Below are positions 1-9,297 of a stretch of 58,904 bases of DNA, one piece after another. The position numbers and the translations under genes were made by a program. This stretch comes from Candidatus Daviesbacteria bacterium (GTDB lineage: Bacteria > Patescibacteriota > Microgenomatia > Daviesbacterales > UBA10151): the NCBI GenBank assembly GCA_016183225.1, contig JACPEZ010000047.1:1-58904 (forward strand). Reading direction: 5' to 3'. The notes under the pieces were generated by a model, which was given only the letters and a program-made list of their open reading frames with translations, ran no database searches and was not told where the DNA came from. Numbering within the stretch: the stretch's first letter is position 1; each line of letters begins with the position of its first letter.

Positions 1-45
1 AGGGAAAGGGAAGCTACTCCTTTGGAGGCAAAAGGTTAGGGATAT

Positions 46-1110
46 ATGATCATTCTGGGGATTGAAACTACCTGTGATGAAACAGGAGCTGCCATTCTTC
101 AAATGAAAAATGGCCGAATAACTATTTTATCCAATGTGGTGGCATCAAGCGCGCCCCTGCAAGCTAAATATGGTGGAGTTATTCCCGAGCAGGCAGCCAG
201 AGAACAGATCCGCAGCATCATACCGGTCATTGATGCTGCAATTTCAAATTTCAAATTTCAAATTTCAAATTTAAACGCAATTGCGGTCAGTCAGGGCCCG
301 GGACTAATTGGATCGCTTTTGGTGGGAGTGGAAACAGCCAAGACTTTAAGTTTAATCTGGAAAAAACCCTTAATTCCCGTAAATCATTTAATCGGCCATT
401 TTTATGCAAACTGGATAGAAAGAGAGTCAAGTGTCAAGAGTCAGGAGTCAAGTGAAAAAAAATCTAGACTCTCGACTCTAGCGACTAGCCACTTACCTCA
501 ATTCCCCTGTCTTGGATTATTGGTTTCCGGAGGCCATACTGATTTGGTGCTTTTTACGAATCATGGAAAATATAAATATCTGGGAGGGACAAGGGATGAT
601 GCGGCTGGTGAGTGCTTTGACAAATGCGCCAGACTTTTGGGGTTGCCCTATCCGGGAGGCCCGGAAATCAGCAAACTAGCAGAAAAAGGCAAAGATATAT
701 ATAAATTACCCAGACCAATGATAAATGACGGCTGGGATTTTTCTTTTTCGGGACTTAAAACTGCCGTCGCATCCACCTTCAAGGAGTCAAAGCCCACCTT
801 GAAGGTGGAATGCAATCTGGCTGCCAGTATCGAAGCGGCGATTGTTGATGTTTTAGTAATAAAGACTATTAGGGCAGCTCAAAAATATAAAGTTGAACAA
901 ATTATTGTTGCCGGCGGCGTAGCGGCGAACGAGAAACTCGTTCGCAAGTTAAAAGTTCAAAGTGAAAAGTTAAAAGTTAAATTACACAATCCACCGCCAA
1001 ATCTTTGCACGGACAATGCTGCCATGATAGCGGCTGCGGCATTCTTTCAAAAACCAATAGCTGATCCGCTCAAACTCCAAGCCGATCCCAATCTGTCCCT
1101 GGCCTCTTGA
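46..1110 (+). CDS. tsaD: tRNA N6-adenosine threonylcarbamoyltransferase TsaD (Kae1/Gcp family)
   Basis: ILGIETTCDET N-terminus, GPGL, LVSGGHT and DDAAGE.FDK motifs at TsaD-like spacing. Carries an extra ~22-aa low-complexity loop (ESSVKSQESSEKKSRLSTLATS) encoded by a repeat element. Confidence 0.9.
   Translation: MIILGIETTCDETGAAILQMKNGRITILSNVVASSAPLQAKYGGVIPEQAAREQIRSIIPVIDAAISNFKFQISNLNAIAVSQGPGLIGSLLVGVETAKTLSLIWKKPLIPVNHLIGHFYANWIERESSVKSQESSEKKSRLSTLATSHLPQFPCLGLLVSGGHTDLVLFTNHGKYKYLGGTRDDAAGECFDKCARLLGLPYPGGPEISKLAEKGKDIYKLPRPMINDGWDFSFSGLKTAVASTFKESKPTLKVECNLAASIEAAIVDVLVIKTIRAAQKYKVEQIIVAGGVAANEKLVRKLKVQSEKLKVKLHNPPPNLCTDNAAMIAAAAFFQKPIADPLKLQADPNLSLAS
241..275. repeat. Heptamer tandem repeat (atttcaa x4 plus atttaaa) inside tsaD
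   Basis: Four perfect 7-nt units and one imperfect unit read directly. Translates as ISNFKFQISNLN in the tsaD frame. Confidence 0.9.
424..490. repeat. Bipartite heptamer element (gagtcaa-type x4, A8 spacer, tctagac-type x4) inside tsaD
   Basis: Units gagtcaa/gtgtcaa/gagtcag/gagtcaa, then gtg + aaaaaaaa, then tctagac/tctcgac/tctagcg/actagcc. A sibling element in opposite orientation lies at 43906-43972. Confidence 0.85.
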
Positions 1111-1143
1111 CTAAAACAATCTTCATTCATACAATAACTCAAA

Positions 1144-1476
1144 ATGACCCCAGAACGCATCCTTACAGCTGAAGACATCCGTGCTTTAATCAGACATCCT
1201 AGCCATAATCCAAGAATCCGTTTTATGCCTCCTTACTATTTTGCTGTTCATAATGGAAGTGGAAGAAGAATTACTCTGGATGCAGTTGTGGTTAGCGGAC
1301 CAAGAGGAGAAATTACTTATCGAAACACTCCGCGGACAAGAATAACAGGGATATTTATAAACGAAGACCGTCGCACCGCAACCATCGTGGAATTGGATCA
1401 AGACCGATACCCTGCTTTTTCAAGCTACCGCTACGATAAAAGCTCGTTGGATTTCAGATTTAAACCTTTACCTTGA
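1144..1476 (+). CDS. Hypothetical protein (110 aa)
   Basis: ATG-initiated ORF filling the tsaD-valS gap. No recognisable motifs. Confidence 0.4.
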   Translation: MTPERILTAEDIRALIRHPSHNPRIRFMPPYYFAVHNGSGRRITLDAVVVSGPRGEITYRNTPRTRITGIFINEDRRTATIVELDQDRYPAFSSYRYDKSSLDFRFKPLP

Positions 1477-1508
1477 TTTTACCCTTTGGCAAACCTATAC
1501 TTAAACCC

Positions 1509-3626
1509 ATGGATGAGAAAAAGTGGTACCAGTTTTGGGAAGAAAGCGGGTTTTTTAAGGCTGATCCGACATCTTCCAAGCCCCCTTATGGACTTTTGGT
1601 TCCCCCGCCCAATTTAACAGGGGATTTGCATCTGGGCCATGCCATGGAACATTCCATCCTGGACGCTTTGGCCCGTTTCAAAAGAATGCAGGGCTTTGAT
1701 GTTTTACTTCTTCCCGGAGTGGATCATGCCGGAATTCAATTTGAAGCTACTTTTGATAAACACTTAGCCAAAGAAGGTTTATCCAAACAAAAACTGGGCC
1801 GAGACGCTTGGCTTAAAAAAGCCTGGCAGTTTAAAGAAGAAATCTATAATTCCGTTTCTTCCGGCTGGAGGTTTATGGGGTTATCGGCCGACTGGTCCAG
1901 AGAAGTTTTTACTTTGGAAGAAAAAGTACAAAAAGCGGTTTTTGAGGAATTTAAATCTTTCTGGGAGCAGGATCTTTTATATAAAGGAGCCTACATTGTC
2001 CAGTGGTGCCCCAAATGCGGAACTGCCATTGAAGACATTGAAATGGAATACGAGGAGAGGAAAGAAAAATTATATTATGTCAAATACAAAATTGATGAAA
2101 GCAACGGGCTTTATCTGACTGTGGCCACGGCCAGACCGGAAACCATTTTTGCCGATACCGGAGTGGCTGTTTATCCCTTTCATCCTAAATATAAAAAATA
2201 CATTGGCGAGCAGGCTGTCAATCCGTTAACCAATGCCTCGATCCCTATTTTTGAAGATGAGCGGGTGGATAAAAACTTTGGCAGCGGAGCCCTGAAAATC
2301 ACCCCGGGCCATGATCCGCTGGATTTTGAAATCGGCCAGGATCACAACTTGCCGATCTTGCATACCATTGACAAAAACAGCCGCATGACTGATCTGGCCG
2401 GAGGGCTTACAGGGCTTAAAGCGCAGGAAGCCAGGGAAAAAGCTGTTAAGATTTTGGGGGATCATATCGAAAAAATTGAAGATTATATTCATTCCGTACC
2501 TGTTTGCGAACGGTGCAAAACTACCATTGAACCTTTAATTTCCAAAGAGTGGTTTGTTAAAATGTCGCCTTTGGCAGATAAAGCCTTAAAACATATTAAG
2601 AAAATAAATTTTGTACCTAAAAATTACTTAAAAATTTTAACTGTCTGGATTAAAGATTTGCATGACTGGTCAATTTCCAGATCTCTTTGGTGGGGCCATC
2701 GCATTCCGGTCTGGTACTGTGGGAAGTGCAACCCCAATCATCTGGTGGGTAAAGATAAGGATATGGTGGTATCTCTGGAAGAACCGGGCAAAACTTGCCA
2801 GACCTGCTCCCAAAAACACTGGGTGCAGGACGGCCAGGTTTTAGATACCTGGTTTTCATCGGGTATATGGCCCATGTCTACTTTAGATTATCCAGAAAAT
2901 ACCAAAGAATTACAAAAATATTATCCCTGGGATTTTGAAACTTCGGCTCCGGAAATAAAATTTTTATGGATTGCCAGAATGATCATGCTGGGGCTGTGGT
3001 TTCAAAATGAAATTCCTTTTAGAAATATGTTTTTCCATGGCATGCTGCGGGACTTGCAGGGACGCAAGTTTTCCAAATCTTTAGGCAATGGCATTGATCC
3101 CAATGGACTGCGGACCCAGTGGGGCACAGATGCCACCCGCATGGCGTTGTACAGCTATGCTGCCGCAGGCAGAGACGGCAGGGCTTCCAGACAGACCATG
3201 GATGAACGGGCTAAAAATTTCCGCAATTTTACCACCAAACTTAAAAACATTGCCCGATTTATTATCGAGCTTAAGCCAGCCTCGCAAGGCCCGGCCTTGC
3301 GAACTCAAGATGCCGACGATAAATGGATTATGGATGAACTTAATAAAACAATTAAAACAGTCACCAAAAATCTGGAGGAGTTTAAATTGCATTTAGCTGC
3401 GGAAAGTTTATACGAATTTATCTGGCACAAATTTGCCGATATTTACATTGAAAAATCAAAAGACCGCCGGGCCGAGGCCCAATCCACTCTGGAATATGTT
3501 TTCAAAACCTCTCTTGAACTCCTTCACCCCTTCATGCCTTTTATAACAGAAGAACTTTGGCAAAAACTGCCTCATAAAGAAAAATCCATCATGGTTACCC
3601 AATGGCCTTCTACCAAACAGACTTGA
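1509..3626 (+). CDS. valS: Valine--tRNA ligase (compact form)
   Basis: Class I HIGH-type motif (PPPNLTGDLHLGHA), KMSKS-type KFSKSLGN, and a ValRS-like editing insertion (TARPETIFADT, GSGALKITPGHDP). Start moved to ATG MDEKKWYQFW; the track start at 1473 is TTG. Confidence 0.9.
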   Translation: MDEKKWYQFWEESGFFKADPTSSKPPYGLLVPPPNLTGDLHLGHAMEHSILDALARFKRMQGFDVLLLPGVDHAGIQFEATFDKHLAKEGLSKQKLGRDAWLKKAWQFKEEIYNSVSSGWRFMGLSADWSREVFTLEEKVQKAVFEEFKSFWEQDLLYKGAYIVQWCPKCGTAIEDIEMEYEERKEKLYYVKYKIDESNGLYLTVATARPETIFADTGVAVYPFHPKYKKYIGEQAVNPLTNASIPIFEDERVDKNFGSGALKITPGHDPLDFEIGQDHNLPILHTIDKNSRMTDLAGGLTGLKAQEAREKAVKILGDHIEKIEDYIHSVPVCERCKTTIEPLISKEWFVKMSPLADKALKHIKKINFVPKNYLKILTVWIKDLHDWSISRSLWWGHRIPVWYCGKCNPNHLVGKDKDMVVSLEEPGKTCQTCSQKHWVQDGQVLDTWFSSGIWPMSTLDYPENTKELQKYYPWDFETSAPEIKFLWIARMIMLGLWFQNEIPFRNMFFHGMLRDLQGRKFSKSLGNGIDPNGLRTQWGTDATRMALYSYAAAGRDGRASRQTMDERAKNFRNFTTKLKNIARFIIELKPASQGPALRTQDADDKWIMDELNKTIKTVTKNLEEFKLHLAAESLYEFIWHKFADIYIEKSKDRRAEAQSTLEYVFKTSLELLHPFMPFITEELWQKLPHKEKSIMVTQWPSTKQT

Positions 3627-3996
3627 CATGGGGATAATCTAAAATTTTTTTATCAGAGGTTATGAGCATTGCCCCATTTATCATTGCTGTTGCAATAATA
3701 ATCCTATCCGCAGGATCAGCCTCATCTAAATCAGGCAGTTTAACAGATTGAGCCGCTATTCTATTATCTACCGGTGCAAATTTGACATAAGATAAACTTT
3801 CCAGGCTTTCTAACCAAATATCAGTATTGGTAAGAAATCGCAGTTTACTTTTTTTAATCAATGCATAAACCTCCCAAATACTAATTGATGAAATCAATAT
3901 CTCTTCTTTTATATGTTTTTCAAGAAAATTACGTGCTTTCTTGGATAGTTTTTCTGGAGCAGTGGTCCACCAAATTAATGCATTGGTGTCTAACAT
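3610..3996 (-). CDS. vapC: PIN-domain toxin (VapC-like)
   Basis: MLDTNALIWW N-terminus and a later acidic segment (DEADPADRIIIATA) typical of PIN. Sits immediately downstream of a small antitoxin-like gene. An alternative GTG start at 4002 overlaps the antitoxin stop. Confidence 0.75.
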   Translation of the reverse strand: MLDTNALIWWTTAPEKLSKKARNFLEKHIKEEILISSISIWEVYALIKKSKLRFLTNTDIWLESLESLSYVKFAPVDNRIAAQSVKLPDLDEADPADRIIIATAMINGAMLITSDKKILDYPHVKSVW

Positions 3997-3998
3997 TA

Positions 3999-4259
3999 TC
4001 ACTTAAGGACCTCCCACTCGTCTGGGCTAATTGCTGGTTCATTTGGATCTTTATAATAAACCAATGTTCCGCGCAAAGACTGTAGTATAGCTTCTGGATC
4101 TTTTTCTTCCTGATAAGAAGTAACTTTAATAACCGGTTTGCCGGCATGGGTAATAATCAAAGGCTGTTTTTGGGTTTGAACCAGCCTTAAATACTCCAAA
4201 GCTTGGGCTTTAAATTGTGATTTGGAAACCTGTTGAATCTGTTGCATGACTATAGTCAT
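3999..4259 (-). CDS. Phd/YefM-type antitoxin
   Basis: Sequence MTIVMQQIQQVSKSQFKAQALEYLRLV..QPLIITHAGKPVIKVTSY matches the Phd/YefM pattern. The longer track ORF (to 4454) overlaps the L25 gene, so an internal ATG was chosen. Confidence 0.65.
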   Translation of the reverse strand: MTIVMQQIQQVSKSQFKAQALEYLRLVQTQKQPLIITHAGKPVIKVTSYQEEKDPEAILQSLRGTLVYYKDPNEPAISPDEWEVLK

Positions 4260-4332
4260 AGTACCATAGTCATATTGGTTTGTCAACCCCTCAAAATTTA
4301 GAATTCCCGCAAAATCACCGCAAATTAAACGC

Positions 4333-5082
4333 TTACTTTGTCTCGCCGGAGGCGGCCTTTTCTTCTTTTGGAGGCTCTTCACTGGCTTCGGCAGATTGTT
4401 CTGGAGGTTGCTCGCCTTCAACTGGGGCGGGAGCTTCGCCTTCGGCAGGAGCAACTGCCTCTGCTTGGGCGGCAGCAGCCTCGGCTGCTTCTTCTTCCAG
4501 CAACTTCTCCATTTCGGCAGTCACTGCCGGGGCCAGCTTAACCACTATTTCTTCCGGATCGGCATGAATGGTCAGTTTTGACCGATCGTAACTTAATTGT
4601 CCTAAAGTTATGGCATCATCAATTTCTTTAAGAGCTCCCCGATCAACTTCTATTTTTTCTATTAAATCCGCCGGTAAAGCTTCCACCTCCACCTCGTTTA
4701 AAGTTTGCAAAACAATCGCCTCGCCCAAATGGACTTTTTCCGGCTCCTCCCCTGTAAGCTCTATGGGAACAGGCACTTTAACTTTCTCCTGCAAATTAAC
4801 CTGATAAAAATCTATGTGGATGGGCAAACCGGAAACAGGATCATGCTGCACGCCCCTTACCAAAACAGGCCTTATTTTTTCCGCTCCAATCTTTAAATCA
4901 ATTAAACCGGTCTCCCCTGCCTCTTTAAAAGTTTTGAGGAAAGTTTTGCCGTCCACTGACACGTGTTCTGTTTCCAGCCCTTTTCCAAAAACATGGCCGG
5001 GAAGTTGTCCGTCTTTTCTTAAAGTTTTAACTTTCTTGCCCAAGATTTTTCGCTCCTGCGCAAGCAAACTTAATCTGTCCAT
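4333..5082 (-). CDS. rplY: 50S ribosomal protein L25/general stress protein Ctc with acidic/Ala-rich C-terminal tail
   Basis: N-terminus LLAQERKILGKKVKTLRKDGQLPGHVFGKG and a two-domain Ctc-length body, followed by a low-complexity tail EEEAAEAAAAQAEA... Confidence 0.85.
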   Translation of the reverse strand: MDRLSLLAQERKILGKKVKTLRKDGQLPGHVFGKGLETEHVSVDGKTFLKTFKEAGETGLIDLKIGAEKIRPVLVRGVQHDPVSGLPIHIDFYQVNLQEKVKVPVPIELTGEEPEKVHLGEAIVLQTLNEVEVEALPADLIEKIEVDRGALKEIDDAITLGQLSYDRSKLTIHADPEEIVVKLAPAVTAEMEKLLEEEAAEAAAAQAEAVAPAEGEAPAPVEGEQPPEQSAEASEEPPKEEKAASGETK

Positions 5083-5141
5083 GACTTGCTAATGTAACAC
5101 AAAAATTACTCCCAATCAAGCCCAAAAATATCCCCCGTGCA

Positions 5142-5984
5142 TCAAGCCAGACCTAAAATCGCTACCCCTGCAAGAAGAACTGCTGCTCCTATCAAAACCT
5201 GAATCATTTTTTTTCTCTGGGCAACTTCTTTAAAATAAAACAATCCCCAAAAAACAGCCACCAGTATGGCTGATTGGCTGATCGGGCCCATCTTGGATAA
5301 ACCAATAATAGAAAGCGATAGCAGCGACAATAAATTACCAATGTTCCAAATTAACCCGCTCAACAAACTTTCTTTAACCGCCTCTTTCTTAAATTTTACT
5401 TTCATAACTTGCGAAATCAGCAATCCTGTGATAAATATTCCAAAACAAACAGGAAAGAAAAAATCACGGGTAGCCACATTGCCAACTTTGATGGGCACAA
5501 GCTGACTACCAAACATTAAACCAGCTATAATCCCTGCCAGCAGTCCTTTTTTAATATTTTGGCTGTGAGTATTGCCAGTAGCGCTGATTAAAATTACTCC
5601 TAGAACTATCAGCCCTATCCCGAAAAACCCCATTATTATTCCTGTAGGTAATTCACCAAACACCAATGCTCCCCATAAAAATGAAGATAGGATGACAAGT
5701 GATGACAAAAGCGGGGCCGCTCTCGAGAGCCCCAGATTTAATACAGCAACTAAGGATATGACATTTGCGCTTGCCCATAAAACTCCGCTTAATAGGCCAT
5801 ACATGTTTAATGTCAAAGAATAACCTAAAATCAAAGAGATCAAGAGCCCTGAAAATCCTATTCCCACTGCCATTAAGGCCTGAAACGAAAGCAGGTTTTT
5901 TGATTGGGATATTTTAAAGGGGACCAGGTATGATCCCCAAGCTAAAGCCGCACCCAATGCTGCTAAAAATCCTAAATTTTCCAT
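5142..5984 (-). CDS. DMT-superfamily (EamA/GRP-like) transporter
   Basis: About 10 predicted TM segments with a two-halves architecture. Start moved to ATG MENLGFLAAL to avoid overlapping the upstream gene. Confidence 0.55.
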   Translation of the reverse strand: MENLGFLAALGAALAWGSYLVPFKISQSKNLLSFQALMAVGIGFSGLLISLILGYSLTLNMYGLLSGVLWASANVISLVAVLNLGLSRAAPLLSSLVILSSFLWGALVFGELPTGIIMGFFGIGLIVLGVILISATGNTHSQNIKKGLLAGIIAGLMFGSQLVPIKVGNVATRDFFFPVCFGIFITGLLISQVMKVKFKKEAVKESLLSGLIWNIGNLLSLLSLSIIGLSKMGPISQSAILVAVFWGLFYFKEVAQRKKMIQVLIGAAVLLAGVAILGLA

Positions 5985-5985
5985 T

Positions 5986-8838
5986 TTACTTGCTAAATTG
6001 TACTTCAAAACTGCGGTCTATGGACAGATCCGAAGAAATTACCTGCTCCTGCGGCCCGATCACCCCCTGCTCCCCTTCCAGCTTAAAATTAATGGGGTAA
6101 GTAAGCTTCCACTCCAGCGGCTCTTTGCCCGTACCCGGCTGTTTAATAATGTTGAGTTGATAGAAAGCCAGATTATCTTTAAAGCTAAGCTTTTCCGGCA
6201 GCTGGTAATCCAAAACCAGATTTTTTTGCTCCCTGGGATTTAATTCCAGTAAAAAAGAATAACCTGACCGGCCATAATCGGCAAAATTGGAAACAGAAGC
6301 TGTGATATCGGACTCCCCCCACAAGACCCGCAGCAGCTTGCTGCCAAACGGCAAATAAATTCTCATCCTGTTTTTATATTTTCCGGCCGGCCAGGCCTCG
6401 CCGGGACTTAAGTTTAAATAATTAATCTTTAACCTGTGTCTTACTTCCCCGTCCCGGCCAATCACCGTTTCCAGCTGATAATTTCTGGAAAGATAATAAT
6501 TGACTTTATTGGCTCCCAGATTGGCCTCGTTCAAACTTAAAAAATCCTGGAACGCGGCTTCGCCCGCTGAAGCTTTAGCGGAGGCGGGACGGGGCAGCGC
6601 CCCTGCCCAGTTTTGCGACACAACATAAGAAAAAAGCTTGGGATCATCAAGATAGATCAGCATGTGTTTTTCTTCAAGAGACTTACCCATGCTTGAAACA
6701 ATCCCCGGCCAATTTTGGCCTGACGAGAAAAAAATCTTATTTAAAGTTTGGTTAACCAGGGCTGTTAAAAAGCTTTTTTTGGCCTGGGACCCGGGGAAAA
6801 AGTCAGCTTCGGCATGAGTGACTGCCCTTTCAAACAAATTTTCATGAGTGATAGTCTCGCCATAGTCGGCCAAATCCAGCGGGCCCAGCACCTCCAGCAG
6901 CTTTTCCATGCCGGATACATCCAAAGCCACCACCCCCCACACCTTCTCCCCTGTTTCCTTGGTGTAAAACCATTCCGCCTGCCTGGCACTGGTAGGAAAA
7001 TCCGGCTCCCAGTTGGAATCCCGTAAATACCAGTTGTTCTGACCCAAATCTTCTTTGATTTCTTTGGGAGGCTCAACATGAATTGACAGCTGCCCGTCTA
7101 TGGCATAAACGTCATTGACTTTAAGGCTTTGCAATTTCCCTCCCTGAAAATTAACCGCGGCATATGAACCGATAAAGCCGCCGGTGGGCCGAAGCTCCAT
7201 GTTATTTTGCAGTAAAATCAGATAGTTTTTGCTTCCCTCCAAAGCCACAATTTCCGGTAAAATGGCTGCGGCAGCCCGGGCCTGCTTAACCAGATCGCTG
7301 TATTGCCCAAGCCGCTCTTTTAAACTGTTTAATCTTGGCAGGAGAACCGCCGGTACTCTCTGCCAAAATTCCTCCTCTTCCAGCTTAGCCTGCGCATAAG
7401 ATAAGCTTTCATAAGCTTTGGTCAGCTCCACTTGAGATAAGTTAAAATACTCCTTGGGCGATGAGTTTATTTCACCGGTCACAGCCCTTAAAGCCTGATA
7501 AAGAAATTTAACCCCTTCAATGCTGGAGTAAGCCGCATCAGCCGATACCTGGGCCAGGTTGGACAGATCATCCCCTGCCCTAAACTGATCCTTTAAAAAA
7601 CCTGTCTGTTTCAAAGGTTCAAACTGGTTAAAAATAGCTTTTGCCTCTAAAACCGCCTGTTTGGCCTGGTTGGCATTTTGCAAACTGGCCTCAAAATCTC
7701 CTTTGGATAAATTTTCCGCTGCCCGGGTAAGCTGCAGCCTGAAAGTTAACACTCCCGCTCCCACCCGCGCAGCCGGCCACACCAGAGCGTAAAAAATTAA
7801 AACCAATGAAAGATAAAAAAATATTTTATTTTTGGGAAAGTGGATCTTTGGTAATTTAAGAGTTGGTCTAACTTTTGGCTGCGGCGTTGGAACTGCAGTC
7901 GCCTTTTTGAAAGCGGCTATTTCTTCCTTTTTATCCCTCCCCCATTCAACTTGCGTCTGTTCTGTAATCTCGTGATCCTTAAAATAACTTAAAGTTTGCC
8001 TTAAAGCCTCCACCAGTTTTGTATTTGGCCGCCAGTTTAAAAACCTAATGGTTTTCTCCAGATTAGGCGTTGGCCATGGCGGCAGTTCCTGGGGAGAAAA
8101 ACCTTTCTGGTCATACCAGACAGGATCCAGCAATACCTGTTTTACGTCAGTCACTTTGATCGGAGCGGGCAGTACTCCGTCAAAGATTTTTAAGGCGGTT
8201 GACCCGGACAGCATACTCTTTATTGCCAGATCCACCGCATCATCAATAAACAAACTTCTATCGGAAAAATCAGATACCAAAGTTTCTTTTTGCAAATTAT
8301 TTTTTAAAGCCGCATAAATCAGCCGGGACATGGGATCTGTTGTAAAATCCATTCTGGGCCCGAATACAGGTCCCAATCTTAAAATTCTGGCATTTAAATG
8401 ATGTTCATGCGCAAAATCCGCCAGTTTTCCTTCCAACCGCTTTAACCACGCCAGATCTTCTTTGTTGTCATAAAGCTCAATGGAGGAAATAAGAAGAAAG
8501 CGACCGGAATGTTTCTTAAAAAGTTCAAAAACTGCCCCTATTTCCCAATTTTTTTGAGGAATAACATAAATGTAATCAAGTCTTGGCAGATCAAGATCCG
8601 GATCGCCGGGGCCCGAAATAATCAGATGAAAATTTTTACTTTTGGCAGCCTCCTCCAGATTTTCTTTTTTATTAACCGCTAAATCATCTATCCCCACCAC
8701 CTGCAGGCCTTTATCCAGCAGGCGGTCCACAATACTGGATCCCAAAAATCCAGCCGCCCCCACAACTAAAGCTATCGGAGAGTTTCGCGAAAGCAGAATG
8801 CCTGTTTTTTGGTTGATAGTATTTGGAGTTTCGTCCAC
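5986..8838 (-). CDS. NAD-binding epimerase/dehydratase-like domain fused to a TM segment and a DUF4012 domain
   Basis: Rossmann motif VVGAAGFLGS at the N-terminus, a single TM (IFFYLSLVLIFYALVW), and the string YLILLQNNMELRPTGGFIGSYA that I recognise as the DUF4012 signature. Confidence 0.7.
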   Translation of the reverse strand: MDETPNTINQKTGILLSRNSPIALVVGAAGFLGSSIVDRLLDKGLQVVGIDDLAVNKKENLEEAAKSKNFHLIISGPGDPDLDLPRLDYIYVIPQKNWEIGAVFELFKKHSGRFLLISSIELYDNKEDLAWLKRLEGKLADFAHEHHLNARILRLGPVFGPRMDFTTDPMSRLIYAALKNNLQKETLVSDFSDRSLFIDDAVDLAIKSMLSGSTALKIFDGVLPAPIKVTDVKQVLLDPVWYDQKGFSPQELPPWPTPNLEKTIRFLNWRPNTKLVEALRQTLSYFKDHEITEQTQVEWGRDKKEEIAAFKKATAVPTPQPKVRPTLKLPKIHFPKNKIFFYLSLVLIFYALVWPAARVGAGVLTFRLQLTRAAENLSKGDFEASLQNANQAKQAVLEAKAIFNQFEPLKQTGFLKDQFRAGDDLSNLAQVSADAAYSSIEGVKFLYQALRAVTGEINSSPKEYFNLSQVELTKAYESLSYAQAKLEEEEFWQRVPAVLLPRLNSLKERLGQYSDLVKQARAAAAILPEIVALEGSKNYLILLQNNMELRPTGGFIGSYAAVNFQGGKLQSLKVNDVYAIDGQLSIHVEPPKEIKEDLGQNNWYLRDSNWEPDFPTSARQAEWFYTKETGEKVWGVVALDVSGMEKLLEVLGPLDLADYGETITHENLFERAVTHAEADFFPGSQAKKSFLTALVNQTLNKIFFSSGQNWPGIVSSMGKSLEEKHMLIYLDDPKLFSYVVSQNWAGALPRPASAKASAGEAAFQDFLSLNEANLGANKVNYYLSRNYQLETVIGRDGEVRHRLKINYLNLSPGEAWPAGKYKNRMRIYLPFGSKLLRVLWGESDITASVSNFADYGRSGYSFLLELNPREQKNLVLDYQLPEKLSFKDNLAFYQLNIIKQPGTGKEPLEWKLTYPINFKLEGEQGVIGPQEQVISSDLSIDRSFEVQFSK

Positions 8839-8889
8839 GCGTAAATCGTAGCACTAAAATCCGGTAATGCAAGAGAGAGAAAGCGTATC

Positions 8890-9297
8890 TTAATAGATCC
8901 TGTCCAGGGCCTCATTGGCCAGCTTATCGGCCTTGAAATTTCGGGAGCGGGGAATGTGCCTGTAAAAAACCTCTCCTGTTTCCATTTCCAGTATTTTAAT
9001 TTGCTCAAAAAGAATTTTGAGATTTGGATTTTTGATTTTAAACCTTCCGGAAAGCTGTTCTACTACGAGTCTTGAGTCTGCAAAAAACTCAATCTCAAGC
9101 CTTTGGGGAAACTTTTTTTTTAGATACTTAAATACTTCCAAAACTGCTGTATATTCGGCCACATTATTAGTAGCCACTCCGATGTATCTGCCTTCTTCAT
9201 AAATCAGGTTTCCCTTTTCATCGGAAACAGTAAAACCGTAGCTTGCAGGACCGGGATTGCCGCGGGAAGCCCCATCTGTATAAATTATTAGTTTCAT
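8890..9297 (-). CDS. rnhA: Ribonuclease HI
   Basis: IYTDGASRGNPGPASYGF, NNVAEY, and a C-terminal ADKLAN with RNase H-like acidic residues. Confidence 0.85.
   Translation of the reverse strand: MKLIIYTDGASRGNPGPASYGFTVSDEKGNLIYEEGRYIGVATNNVAEYTAVLEVFKYLKKKFPQRLEIEFFADSRLVVEQLSGRFKIKNPNLKILFEQIKILEMETGEVFYRHIPRSRNFKADKLANEALDRIY

Noticed and set aside
4260-4454. N-terminal 65-aa extension of the antitoxin ORF (track start at 4454)
   Set aside because: The extension overlaps the 3' end of the L25/Ctc gene and is low-complexity and basic. An internal ATG at 4259 gives a normal-sized Phd/YefM-like protein.
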